Source: Pseudomonadota bacterium (lineage in GTDB: Bacteria > Pseudomonadota > Gammaproteobacteria > JAKAQQ01). Taken from it: a DNA stretch of 64,000 nt. The notes below the pieces were generated by a model. The model had not been told where the DNA came from and did no database searches. It worked only from the letters and a program-made list of their open reading frames with translations. Position 1 is the first letter of the stretch. Each line of letters begins with the position of its first letter. The DNA lies in NCBI GenBank assembly GCA_027320085.1, contig DAHVLZ010000036.1:32001-96000 (forward strand), written 5' to 3'. This document shows, in pieces, positions 23,449 through 32,750 of the stretch. The position numbers were made by a program, and so were the translations under genes.

Positions 23449-24612
23449 TTGCCCGAGCCGTCCAACCCTACTTCCTCCCTCACCTTCATCGGCCTACTCT
23501 CTGGCACGAGCGCCGATGGGGCAGATTGTGCAATCGTTGATTTCGGTCCGCCCCGTCCCCACCTGGAAGCGTTTCAGACGGTGCCTTATCCCTCAGAACT
23601 CCGTGCCCAGATTCTGGATCTGGCCTCCTCAAATTACAGGGGGCGAGATCCCCTGGATTTTCTCGGAGCACTGGATGCTGAGCTTGGGGAGTTCTTCGGC
23701 CAGACCGTCATCCGGATTTTATCTGAATCCGGAATTTCCTCACGCCGGATCCAAGCCATCGGCAGTCATGGCCAAACCGTTCGTCATCGGCCGAAGGGTA
23801 CCTATCCGTTTACGATCCAGATCGGCGACCCGAACCGGATCGCTGCCCAAAGCGGGATCCTCACGGTCGCGGATTTCAGGAGGATGGACCTGGCTTATGG
23901 TGGAGGAGGTGCTCCTCTCGTGCCCTCGTTCTGGAACGAATGCCTGGAACCGGATTCCCCAGCGTCCCGGGCAAAGACCGTCATCCTGAATCTTGGAGGC
24001 ATTGCCAACCTCACCTTGCTGCCTCCCTTGGTGCCAGAGGTCATGGGGTTTGATACTGGGCCCGCCAATACCTTACTTGATGGCTGGGTTTCCGAGCAGA
24101 CGGGTCAACCCTGTGACCAAGATGGCTTTTTCTCCAGCCAAGGACGGGTCATCCCGGAACTCCTCGAGGATCTCGCCCGGGACGACTACTTTAGTCGTCC
24201 GCCACCCAAAAGCACCGGACCGGAATATTTCAGTAGGGATTGGCTCCAGTCACGGCTTGCCCAGCAGCATGTCCACGCAACTGCCCCGGACATTGCCCGT
24301 ACACTCACCGCGTTGACCGCATTTACGGTCACACAGGCAGTCCTCGCTCATGCACCTGCAGGAAATCGCCTTCTGGTCAGCGGAGGAGGGGGGAAAAACC
24401 CACTTTTCATGGAGGAAATCCGACACCGCCTCCCCGGCTGGACAGTAACGACCACCCGGGCTGTCGGGTTTGACCCGGATGCGCTTGAGGCCATAGCATT
24501 TGCATGGCTGGCTTGGAAAAGGCTCTCTCATGAACCGGCGAGCCTACCCTCGGTAACCGGGGCCCGGAAGCCTGCTGTACTGGGCGCCATTTACAGACCT
24601 CCCCCAGCTTGA
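23449..24612 (+). CDS. anmK: Anhydro-N-acetylmuramic acid kinase
   Basis: IGLLSGTSADG.D, IGSHGQT, DFRRMD.A.GG.GAPL, NLGGIAN, FDTGPAN, PKSTGPE, EAIAFAWLA; TTG start after AGGAG. Confidence 0.95.
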   Translation: MPEPSNPTSSLTFIGLLSGTSADGADCAIVDFGPPRPHLEAFQTVPYPSELRAQILDLASSNYRGRDPLDFLGALDAELGEFFGQTVIRILSESGISSRRIQAIGSHGQTVRHRPKGTYPFTIQIGDPNRIAAQSGILTVADFRRMDLAYGGGGAPLVPSFWNECLEPDSPASRAKTVILNLGGIANLTLLPPLVPEVMGFDTGPANTLLDGWVSEQTGQPCDQDGFFSSQGRVIPELLEDLARDDYFSRPPPKSTGPEYFSRDWLQSRLAQQHVHATAPDIARTLTALTAFTVTQAVLAHAPAGNRLLVSGGGGKNPLFMEEIRHRLPGWTVTTTRAVGFDPDALEAIAFAWLAWKRLSHEPASLPSVTGARKPAVLGAIYRPPPA

Positions 24613-24630
24613 TCGGCACTGATTGACCTT

Positions 24631-24658
24631 GGAACTTACCGATTGAATAGCACTCCAG
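24631..24658 (+). promoter_or_regulatory. Putative sigmaE (RpoE) promoter of rpoH
   Basis: GGAACTT-16 nt-TCCAG; the -10 element is imperfect. Confidence 0.5.
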
Positions 24659-24673
24659 GTAGCAGAGTGCTAA
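24647..24673 (+). promoter_or_regulatory. CIRCE element (HrcA operator)
   Basis: ATAGCACTC-N9-GAGTGCTAA, one mismatch to TTAGCACTC-N9-GAGTGCTAA. Confidence 0.88.
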
Positions 24674-24714
24674 AATATCTCCCAAGTCATGGTGCATTAG
24701 GCGAGGTTCGCTTT

Positions 24715-25599
24715 ATGAATCAAGAACTTGAAGCTTTCCAAGCCATAACCCAAAGTCCCCAGCAGAGTCTGGAAGCCTATCTCAAGGCGATCCGCCGTAT
24801 TCCGGTGCTGTCGCCCGACGAAGAACGGGAACTATTCCGCCGGTACCGGCAGGATGGCGATCTTTTTTCGGCCCAGAAACTCGTCTTGTCCAACCTCCGC
24901 TTTGTGGTCTACATCGCGAGAAGTTATCGCAACTATGGCCTTCCCATGGGTGATCTCGTCCAAGAAGGCAACATCGGACTCATGAAAGCGGTCAAACATT
25001 TCAACCCCGAGCGGGGCGTTCGGCTGATCAGCTTTGCAGTCCATTGGATTCGGGCGGAGATCCATGAATTTATCATCCGGAATTGGCGCCTGGTCAAAAT
25101 TGCCACGACAAAAGCCCAGCGCCGTCTTTTCTTCAACCTCCGCAAGCACCTCAAGGGTCCGGGGAGCCTAACGGCCGCGGAAGCCGCGAGGATCGCACAA
25201 GACTTGAGAGTCAGCCCGGCGGAGGTACACCATATGGAGACTCGGCTTCTGGGACATGAAATCAGCCTGAACGGGCGGACAGATGCCGCGGGCGAAGAGA
25301 TGGAGTCGCCACGTGCTCCCATCGAATGGCTGGCAGATGAGACCAGCCGGGATCCAGAGTCTCTGCTCGAGCAGGCAGACTCAGAAAGACATGAGCACCG
25401 GAGCCTAGAGGCAGCCCTAGAAAAACTGGATGATCGCAGTCGTGAGATCGTGCGTGCCCGCTGGCTCGGAAGTAGTGAAAAGCCCGCACTCAAGGTTCTG
25501 GCAGAACGTTTTGGTATCTCGGTCGAAAGAGTCCGCCAGATTGAGGCTAAGGCTTTGGGTCGCCTGCGTCAGGAACTCGGACCACTCGCTGCAACCTGA
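24715..25599 (+). CDS. rpoH: RNA polymerase sigma factor 32
   Basis: DLVQEGNIGLMKAV, WIRAEIHEFI, RpoH box TTKAQRRLFFNLRK, ERVRQIE. Confidence 0.96.
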   Translation: MNQELEAFQAITQSPQQSLEAYLKAIRRIPVLSPDEERELFRRYRQDGDLFSAQKLVLSNLRFVVYIARSYRNYGLPMGDLVQEGNIGLMKAVKHFNPERGVRLISFAVHWIRAEIHEFIIRNWRLVKIATTKAQRRLFFNLRKHLKGPGSLTAAEAARIAQDLRVSPAEVHHMETRLLGHEISLNGRTDAAGEEMESPRAPIEWLADETSRDPESLLEQADSERHEHRSLEAALEKLDDRSREIVRARWLGSSEKPALKVLAERFGISVERVRQIEAKALGRLRQELGPLAAT

Positions 25600-25620
25600 A
25601 TTCTCTCTAGTTGATTCGGA

Positions 25621-26541
25621 TCAGGCGCTCCCCCACGGCGGGGTCACGTAGTGTCCCACGAGCAGAAACGCGAAAAGCAGGGACAGATACCAGATGGAGT
25701 ACCGGAATAGCGCGAGCGCAGAGGGCACCGGTTGGGCAGCCCGGGTGAGCCGCACCAGCCCGGCGAGAAAACCACCGTTCAATGCCGTCACACCAGCCAG
25801 GTAAATCCACCCGCCATAACCAAGCAGTCCCGGCAGGTAGCTGATGGCATTCAGCAGGATCGTATAAAGCACGATCTGCAGGATCGTGAACCGCTCACCA
25901 TGGGTTACGGGGAGCATGGGAATTCCTGCACGCTCGTAATCGCTCCGGCGGCCAATGGCCAGGGACCAGAAATGGGGCGGAGTCCACACAAAGATAATCA
26001 TGAACAGGCTGAGGCTGACCGCTGAGATGTGATCGGTCATCGCTGTCCAGCCGAGGATCGGGGGTGCCGCTCCCGCTGCCCCTCCGATCACGATGTTCTG
26101 CGGGGTGGTTTTCTTGAGGAAACGCGTATAGACGAGGCCATAGCCGATCAGCGAGACCAGGGTGAGAACGGCCGTGAGTCTATTCACGGCAACAACCAGA
26201 ATGATCAAGGCCGCCGTGGCCAGAAGCCAGGCCCAGCAGAGAACCTGCCATGGCAGGAGATGCCCCTGGGGAAGGGGGCGATAACGTGTCCTCAGCATCT
26301 GGGCATCGATACGCCGGTCCAGGAGATGGTTAAACGCGGCTGCGGAGGCTGCGGCACATCCAATTCCAACTGTCGCCGCACACAAAAGACCCAGGGGTGG
26401 CCACCCGGGAACCGCAAGCAACATACCAACCAAGGCAGTAAACACGATCAGCGAGACCACCCGGGGCTTCGTCACCCCGATGAGATCGCGCCAATTCACA
26501 AGTAGCAGAGTCTTTAGCGGGGAGACGGGGCGGGCGTCCAC
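25621..26541 (-). CDS. cyoE: Protoheme IX farnesyltransferase
   Basis: TKPRVV, DRRID..M.RT..RP, TPQNIVIGG, WTPPHFW, DY..AGIPMLP. Confidence 0.95.
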   Translation of the reverse strand: MDARPVSPLKTLLLVNWRDLIGVTKPRVVSLIVFTALVGMLLAVPGWPPLGLLCAATVGIGCAAASAAAFNHLLDRRIDAQMLRTRYRPLPQGHLLPWQVLCWAWLLATAALIILVVAVNRLTAVLTLVSLIGYGLVYTRFLKKTTPQNIVIGGAAGAAPPILGWTAMTDHISAVSLSLFMIIFVWTPPHFWSLAIGRRSDYERAGIPMLPVTHGERFTILQIVLYTILLNAISYLPGLLGYGGWIYLAGVTALNGGFLAGLVRLTRAAQPVPSALALFRYSIWYLSLLFAFLLVGHYVTPPWGSA

Positions 26542-27539
26542 AACGCATAGACCAGAAGCGAGACCGCACCCAGCAGGAGCGCAGCAAAAAAGGTATGGCT
26601 GACAGCAAGCCAGCGCGGCATGCCAATTGTCGCCATGCTGACCCCGATGGTCACTTGAATGACCGTGAGACCCGCGACCACGGCACTCATCAACCTAACG
26701 GTCCTTCTCCGGCAGCGGACCCAAAGGGCTGCCGCCCACGCCATCACAGTGACGGAAACCACGAGCGCCCCGAGACGGTGCAGGAAGTAGATCGCCGCCC
26801 GTGCACGCAGTGGGAGCGTGCCCCCTTGGTAATTGACACCCAGACGGTTCCAGAGCACGAAAGCCCGTCCGTACGCAAGGTGCTGAGGCCACCAGCGACC
26901 GAGACAGGTCGGGAAATCCGGACAACCGACCCAAGCGTAATGCGTACTGGTCCAAGCCCCAAGGAAGATCTGAATCACTAGGAAGGAAAGCGCAACGAGC
27001 CCTATCCTGCGTCCCCATGGAGACAGGACCTCCCCCCGCCAGCTGAAGGTGCCGGTGTCTCGAGCCCAGAGGAGAAGCAAGCAGTCCCAGATCAAAAGCG
27101 CTCCCAGTAGGTGTCCGACCACAACGAGTGGCTCGAGCTCAAGGGTGACGGTCCACATGCCCAGAGCCGCTTGCAGGACGACGAGTCCCAGGATGACCCA
27201 AGGGAGCCTCCGCGGCCGCTGCTCCCGCTGGCGCGCTTTGGAAAGTGACAATAGCGCGATCACCAAGATCACAAGACCGAGACCGCCGGCAAGGTAACGG
27301 TGGAACATCTCCTTGAAGGCCTGAGCTGGACGGAGCGGCCGACCGGGGTGCAATCGGTCGGCTTGTCGAATGGCCATTGCCCGGGTCGGTACCACCAGGT
27401 GTCCATAGCATGCGGGCCAGCTTGGACAGGACAGACCTGCATTGGACAGCCGGACATAGGCCCCCACGGCTATCAGCGCCAGTGTCCAGACGATTGCCAG
27501 TGCCGTAAATACCCGGAACCAGTCCCAGCGCCTGCGCAT
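26514..27539 (-). CDS. ctaA: Heme A synthase (COX15/CtaA)
   Basis: GLSCPSWPAC, EMFHR, CPDFPTC, HR, H; polytopic membrane protein. Confidence 0.92.
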   Translation of the reverse strand: MRRRWDWFRVFTALAIVWTLALIAVGAYVRLSNAGLSCPSWPACYGHLVVPTRAMAIRQADRLHPGRPLRPAQAFKEMFHRYLAGGLGLVILVIALLSLSKARQREQRPRRLPWVILGLVVLQAALGMWTVTLELEPLVVVGHLLGALLIWDCLLLLWARDTGTFSWRGEVLSPWGRRIGLVALSFLVIQIFLGAWTSTHYAWVGCPDFPTCLGRWWPQHLAYGRAFVLWNRLGVNYQGGTLPLRARAAIYFLHRLGALVVSVTVMAWAAALWVRCRRRTVRLMSAVVAGLTVIQVTIGVSMATIGMPRWLAVSHTFFAALLLGAVSLLVYALWTPAPSPR

Positions 27540-28150
27540 CAGCTGATCTCGGAAACGGAGAGCAAGCGTTTGAGATCATGGAGCAATCCGGCCGGATTGA
27601 CAGCGGCCGGATACGACATCATGAGGTTACCCATGGGATCGACTAAATAGATACGCTGCCCGAGGTGAGCATGTGACGCCTTGAAAAACTGTCGGATAAA
27701 ATCCCGGCCGGTCCGGCCCCTAGCCATGACGATGGTGAGATCTGGGTCCTCGACCCTGAGAAATGCGAGCTTCCGTGGGTGCTGGGTCACCACATAGAGA
27801 CGTTGCACACGGCGAATCTGCTCCCCCAAGGCGAGGCGGATCTGGCGGGTAGCATAAATCGCCGCCCGGCAATCGGGATCGCAATTAGCTCCGCCGATGT
27901 AAACCAAGGTCCAACGACCATGAAAATAGCGGGAGCCGTCGGCTTGGGGACCGGCAATCCACTGGAGCGGGGTGATCCGCAGTTTGACCGGCGGGGTAAT
28001 CAGGTTCCCATAGTTTGTGGTCTGACCTACCCCCCACTGGTCTACATTGACGTACCAAAGCCCGGCGATCATGAAAGGCAAGGCAAAAACGCCAATCAGG
28101 GCGACCCAGATAGCCCATCGCGGGAAGAAAGACTGGCGGGTTGCGTTCAT
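27539..28150 (-). CDS. Cytochrome oxidase-associated thioredoxin/SCO-like membrane protein
   Basis: N-terminal TM, NYG.LI.P, C..DC, YLVDP.GNLMM.Y, DLKRLL; typical position in the cox operon. Confidence 0.75.
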   Translation of the reverse strand: MNATRQSFFPRWAIWVALIGVFALPFMIAGLWYVNVDQWGVGQTTNYGNLITPPVKLRITPLQWIAGPQADGSRYFHGRWTLVYIGGANCDPDCRAAIYATRQIRLALGEQIRRVQRLYVVTQHPRKLAFLRVEDPDLTIVMARGRTGRDFIRQFFKASHAHLGQRIYLVDPMGNLMMSYPAAVNPAGLLHDLKRLLSVSEIS

Positions 28151-28902
28151 GAAGGAGACTTCCGCTGCAGGTTAAGGCCGATCCACACGCCCAGAACAAC
28201 TAAGGCCAAGATTGTCCATTGCACAGCATAGCCGAAATGCTGCTCGGGTCCGATTTTCTTGATCGGCCTCCACTGGCGGACGAAGCCACCTGGCTGATGG
28301 GGACCCAGTAACAGCACGAGATGCGTAAGTCGGTGCCGATAAAGCGCCTCTAAGTAACGATGGGAAGGGTAGAGGACCGGCTTAGGCCAATGGGGAGGGA
28401 CTGGTCCGCGTCCGAGGCGGAGCGCGGGGCGCGGGATCCGGCCGGCGTATCCCACAAGTCGAACGGTTCCATGGGGAAGCTGTTTATCCAAGTCCTTCCG
28501 CGTCGCACCCAACGGACTAGTGGGTATCCATCCACGGTCGACCGGAATCCAGGCCAGGCTCGCACGGGGCCGGAAAACACTCACGACCTCTGAGCCGATT
28601 TCGTTTCGATGGTAAAGGTCGATGAGAAGAAGGTCCCTTTTCCGGAGATACCGTCCTTGAATGGAGATCCGCTCAAAGGGTGCGGTAGAAAATCCTGGGG
28701 ACCAGGGCGCAGACCGTGCCCGGGCACTTGTTTGAAGCGTCCTTAGCTGGCTTTCGCCATGCCAAGCAGCATGCCACTGCCAATGTGCGAGAAAACTAAA
28801 TCCCACGATCAGGATCCAGGCCGCAATGGTGGGCCACCACCTCGGTCGAAAGCGCCAGCCGATCATCCACAGTCCACCATGGTCATGGAGCGTAAAACCC
28901 AT
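28147..28902 (-). CDS. SURF1 family protein
   Basis: WQ, VDRGWIP, HFGYAVQW, TM at each end. Confidence 0.88.
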   Translation of the reverse strand: MGFTLHDHGGLWMIGWRFRPRWWPTIAAWILIVGFSFLAHWQWHAAWHGESQLRTLQTSARARSAPWSPGFSTAPFERISIQGRYLRKRDLLLIDLYHRNEIGSEVVSVFRPRASLAWIPVDRGWIPTSPLGATRKDLDKQLPHGTVRLVGYAGRIPRPALRLGRGPVPPHWPKPVLYPSHRYLEALYRHRLTHLVLLLGPHQPGGFVRQWRPIKKIGPEQHFGYAVQWTILALVVLGVWIGLNLQRKSPS

Positions 28903-28949
28903 GGCATACTAGGGCTCGGCTCCGCTCACCGAGGTCCCCGGTCGCAGCC

Positions 28950-29171
28950 ATGCTTTTCAAGATCGTCATTGTCGCGCTCTTCATCGTGATCGTCGCCACC
29001 TTGTTTCAAGGACTGTGGTTCCTGTTCAAGGATCGAGGAGAAAGCACCCGCACGGTCCGGGCTCTGTCCTGGCGGATCGGACTTTCCCTCGTCCTTTTTC
29101 TGCTACTGATGCTGGGTTATTGGCTTGGCTGGATCCATCCGCATGGCATCCAGCCCGGTATGCCGGGATAG
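28950..29171 (+). CDS. Twin-transmembrane small protein (DUF2909-like)
   Basis: L..GL.FL.KD, TVRALSWRIGLS, GWI.PH; divergent from SURF1 as usual. Confidence 0.85.
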   Translation: MLFKIVIVALFIVIVATLFQGLWFLFKDRGESTRTVRALSWRIGLSLVLFLLLMLGYWLGWIHPHGIQPGMPG

Positions 29172-29187
29172 CTGTGCCTGACCCGAT

Positions 29188-30057
29188 TCAGAGCCAATAC
29201 ACGAAGATAAAAAGACCCAGCCAGACGATATCGACGAAGTGCCAGTACCAGGAGACGGCCTCAAAGGCGAAGTGACGCTCTGGCGTGAAATGCCCACGTA
29301 ATACTCGGACCAGAATCACCGTCAACATGATCACGCCAATCGTGACGTGCAGGCCATGGAAACCGGTCAAAATAAAAAAGGTCGCACCATAAATGCCGCT
29401 GTGGAGCGTCAGGTTGAAGTGGGTATAAGCCAGATAATACTCATGCGCCTGCATGGCCAGGAAGGTGGCACCGAGGGCGATGGTGGCCACCAGCCCGGCC
29501 ACGACCTTGCGGCGGTGTCCTGCCTTGAGGGCCCAATGCGCCCAAGTCACAGTAACAGCACTGGAAAGAAGGATCAGGGTATTAAGCGCCGGGATTCCCC
29601 AAGTCGGCATCTGGGTGAATTCGCCCCCGGCGTGAGCCGGACCGTTGGTCGGCCACAGGGCCCGGTAGTGCGGATAAAGCAGGGCATGGGTGAAAAACAT
29701 GTTACCCGCTCCCCCGAGCCAGGGAACCACAAATAACCGTTCATAGAAAAGTGTGCCGAAGAAGGCACCAAAAAACATCACTTCCGAAAAGATGAAAAAG
29801 ACCATCCCCCAGCGGAACGTACGGTCCACCTGCAGGTTGTAGTGGCCTGCCAAGCTTTCCCGGATGACGGTACCAAACCAGCCAAACTTAGTCGAAACGA
29901 TGCAGAACACGCCAGCCCCCATCACCAACGGACCGGCCAGATCATAACCATCGAGCCAGATGCCAGCTCCGAGCATGAAGGCAAAAAGCCCGATGGACCC
30001 CAGGATCGACCAGCGGCTTTCATGAGGCAGATAGTAGGTATCGGCTGAAACGTTCAT
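29188..30057 (-). CDS. coxC: Cytochrome c oxidase subunit III
   Basis: FIFSEVMFF, NTLILLSS, TGFHGLHV, WYWHFVDIVW. Confidence 0.96.
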   Translation of the reverse strand: MNVSADTYYLPHESRWSILGSIGLFAFMLGAGIWLDGYDLAGPLVMGAGVFCIVSTKFGWFGTVIRESLAGHYNLQVDRTFRWGMVFFIFSEVMFFGAFFGTLFYERLFVVPWLGGAGNMFFTHALLYPHYRALWPTNGPAHAGGEFTQMPTWGIPALNTLILLSSAVTVTWAHWALKAGHRRKVVAGLVATIALGATFLAMQAHEYYLAYTHFNLTLHSGIYGATFFILTGFHGLHVTIGVIMLTVILVRVLRGHFTPERHFAFEAVSWYWHFVDIVWLGLFIFVYWL

Positions 30058-30135
30058 GCAGACCTCATTTCCTGGAAAAGCAGAAAAACACAGGGCCAGG
30101 GTACTAATGAATCCGGGGCCGTCCCAGGGAACCCT

Positions 30136-30270
30136 TCACCGGACCCACGCGCCCACCAGATAGAACCCAACATAGAAGATCAAAGACACAATTCCCAAGA
30201 GGATCGCCATGCGCACCGCGCGCCGATGGCGGCGTCCCTCTTCGAATTCCGACTCGGGCTCGACGACCAT
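30136..30270 (-). CDS. 44-aa single-TM protein in the cox operon
   Basis: Below the track cutoff: MVVEPESEFEEGRRHRRAVRMAILLGIVSLIFYVGFYLVGAWVR, 6 nt after the coxA stop with a GAGG SD. Confidence 0.65.
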   Translation of the reverse strand: MVVEPESEFEEGRRHRRAVRMAILLGIVSLIFYVGFYLVGAWVR

Positions 30271-30276
30271 CCGGCC

Positions 30277-31857
30277 TCACCCGGGGACCTCAGGTGGAGT
30301 GGCGAAGGTATGGTAGGGAGCTGGTGAGGGAACCGTCCATTCGAGGCCGTGGGCCCCCTCCCAAGCCCGAGCTTCTGCCCGCCGACCTCCATAAACCGTC
30401 GCGAAGATAATGGCTACAAAGATGAGCTGGGAAGCGCCGAATATGAACCCCCCGATGCTGGAAATCATGTTGAGATTGGTGAATTGGACAGCATAGTCCG
30501 GCACCCTGCGTGGCATCCCCGCCAAGCCGAGAAAATGCATCGGAAAATAGAGCATGTTGGCGGAGATCACGCTCAGCCAGAAATGGACCTTGCCCCAGAA
30601 CTCATTGTACATATGCCCGGTCCATTTGGGCAGCCAGTAGTAGACGGCACCCATGATGGCGAACACGGCACCAGTCACAAGAACGTAGTGGAAATGGGCC
30701 ACCACGAAGTAGCTATTGTGGTACTGGAAATCCGCCGGAACCAAAGCCAGCATAACTCCTGAGAATCCACCGATGGTGAACAGGATGATGAAAGCCACGG
30801 CAAACAGCATCGGCGTCTCAAAAGTAATGGCCCCTCGCCACATGGTCGCTACCCAGTTGAAAATCTTGACCCCGGTGGGCACAGCGATGAGCATGGTGCT
30901 GAACATGAAGAAGAGGTCGGCGGAAACCGGCATCCCCGAGGTGAACATGTGGTGACCCCAAACAATGAAAGATAGAAAGGCAATCGAAGCCAGGGCATAG
31001 ATCATTGAGGTCCGGCCAAAAAGCGGTTTCCGGGAAAAGGTCGGCACAATCTCCGAGATGATGCCGAAGGCTGGCAGGATCATGATGTAGACTTCAGGAT
31101 GTCCGAAGAACCAAAACACATGTTCCCAGAGGAGAGGGGTTCCACCGCCGGCCACTGAGAAAAAGTGGGTTCCGAAATAGTGATCCAAGAGCTGCATCGT
31201 GACCCCACCGGCCAAGACTGGCATGACGGCCACGAGCAGGTACGCTGTGATCAGCCACGCCCAGACGAAAAGTGGCATCTTCATGAGGGTCATCCCCGGG
31301 GCCCTCATGTTGAGGATGGTGACAATCACGTTAATGCCACCCAAAACCGAGGAAATGCCCATGAGGTGGATGGCGAAGATCATGAAGGGGAAGGAGTAGC
31401 CGAGCTCAAGGCTGTAGGGAACATACAGCGTCCACCCGCCCTGCGGCGCTCCACCTGGCAAAAACAGAGTCAAGAGCAAGAGCGTGAAGGCGAACGGCAG
31501 GATCCAGAAACTCCAGTTGTTGAGCCGGGGAAGCGCCATGTCCGGCGCCCCAATCATGAGGGGGATCATCCAGTTCGCGAGCCCCACGAACGCCGGCATA
31601 ACCGCCCCGAAGACCATGACGAGCCCGTGGAGGGTAACCATCTGGTTGTAGAAGGCCGGGGTCACAAACTGAAGGCCCGGCTGGTAGAGTTCTGCACGGA
31701 TCACCATGGCCATAGCCCCACCAATGAAGAACATGATGAGGCTGAAAATAAGGTAGAGCGTCCCGATGTCCTTGTGGTTGGTGGTCGTGATCCAGCGCAT
31801 CAGACCGCGCCGGGTGGCGTGGTGTGGTTCCGCGGGTAGGGCGACTGACTCGGTCAT
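30277..31857 (-). CDS. coxA: Cytochrome c oxidase subunit I (A1 type)
   Basis: NHKDIG, GAPDMA.PRLNN, FWFFGHPEVY, WGHHM, PTGVKIF, AHFHY, GMPRR. Confidence 0.97.
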   Translation of the reverse strand: MTESVALPAEPHHATRRGLMRWITTTNHKDIGTLYLIFSLIMFFIGGAMAMVIRAELYQPGLQFVTPAFYNQMVTLHGLVMVFGAVMPAFVGLANWMIPLMIGAPDMALPRLNNWSFWILPFAFTLLLLTLFLPGGAPQGGWTLYVPYSLELGYSFPFMIFAIHLMGISSVLGGINVIVTILNMRAPGMTLMKMPLFVWAWLITAYLLVAVMPVLAGGVTMQLLDHYFGTHFFSVAGGGTPLLWEHVFWFFGHPEVYIMILPAFGIISEIVPTFSRKPLFGRTSMIYALASIAFLSFIVWGHHMFTSGMPVSADLFFMFSTMLIAVPTGVKIFNWVATMWRGAITFETPMLFAVAFIILFTIGGFSGVMLALVPADFQYHNSYFVVAHFHYVLVTGAVFAIMGAVYYWLPKWTGHMYNEFWGKVHFWLSVISANMLYFPMHFLGLAGMPRRVPDYAVQFTNLNMISSIGGFIFGASQLIFVAIIFATVYGGRRAEARAWEGAHGLEWTVPSPAPYHTFATPPEVPG

Positions 31858-31904
31858 CGTTTGGGCTCTCCGTTCTTTAGGTCAGCAAACGGTATTCGGG
31901 AAAT

Positions 31905-32750
31905 TCAGGAACCCTGCGGGGAGGGGGAGGAGGCATCGTCGGCATCGACCCGGTGCCGCTCCTGCCATTCCCGGACCCATGCCTGGAACTGGGTCTTGGG
32001 CTTAGCCACAACAACAATCGGCATGTAGGCATGGCCCCAGCCGCAGATCTGGTTACACTGTCCCCGATAGGTTCCAGGTTTCTCGATCCGGACCCAGATC
32101 GAGTTCACCAGTCCGGGGTTCGCGTCCATTTGAACGCCCAAATCGGGGACCCACCAGGAGTGGATAACGTCCTTGGAGGTGACGAGAAGGCGAACCTTTT
32201 CGCCGACGGGGAGCACCAGAGGATGGGTCACTGAATGCAGGTAGTGGGGGACCGAATAGGGGCTCACGCCCGAATTCAGAGGCGCGATCCGGAGGCTGGA
32301 ATTCGCGAGGCGGCTATAGATATTGATATGCCAACGCGGATAGGTGTACCGCCACAGCCACTGGTATCCGGTCACTTCGACCGTCATCTCCGAGTGATGG
32401 ACATCTTCTGCCCGGAGGAGGACACGGGCAGCGGGCACTGCCATCACGATGAGGATGATAAAGGGAATCACGGTCCATACCACTTCCAGAACCGAATTCT
32501 CATGAAACTTGGCGGGCTTCGGATGCCGCGAGCGGCGATGGAAGATCATTGACCACGTGATGGCCCCGAATACCACGGTGGCAATTCCGCACATGATCCA
32601 GAAAGCCAACATGTTGAGCCCGTAGATCTCGTGACTGACCGGGGTAACCCCCCTCGGGAGATTGTAGAGGGAAGCGGCCATCGCCCGGGGTACAGTCACC
32701 GCACCCACCAGGGCGATCCCGATCCAGGCCCGGAACCATTGATGCTTCAT
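31905..32750 (-). CDS. coxB: Cytochrome c oxidase subunit II
   Basis: LEVVWT.IP, GYQW.W, DVIHSW, CNQICGWGHAYM CuA motif; ATG 32750 overlaps the upstream stop. Confidence 0.95.
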   Translation of the reverse strand: MKHQWFRAWIGIALVGAVTVPRAMAASLYNLPRGVTPVSHEIYGLNMLAFWIMCGIATVVFGAITWSMIFHRRSRHPKPAKFHENSVLEVVWTVIPFIILIVMAVPAARVLLRAEDVHHSEMTVEVTGYQWLWRYTYPRWHINIYSRLANSSLRIAPLNSGVSPYSVPHYLHSVTHPLVLPVGEKVRLLVTSKDVIHSWWVPDLGVQMDANPGLVNSIWVRIEKPGTYRGQCNQICGWGHAYMPIVVVAKPKTQFQAWVREWQERHRVDADDASSPSPQGS

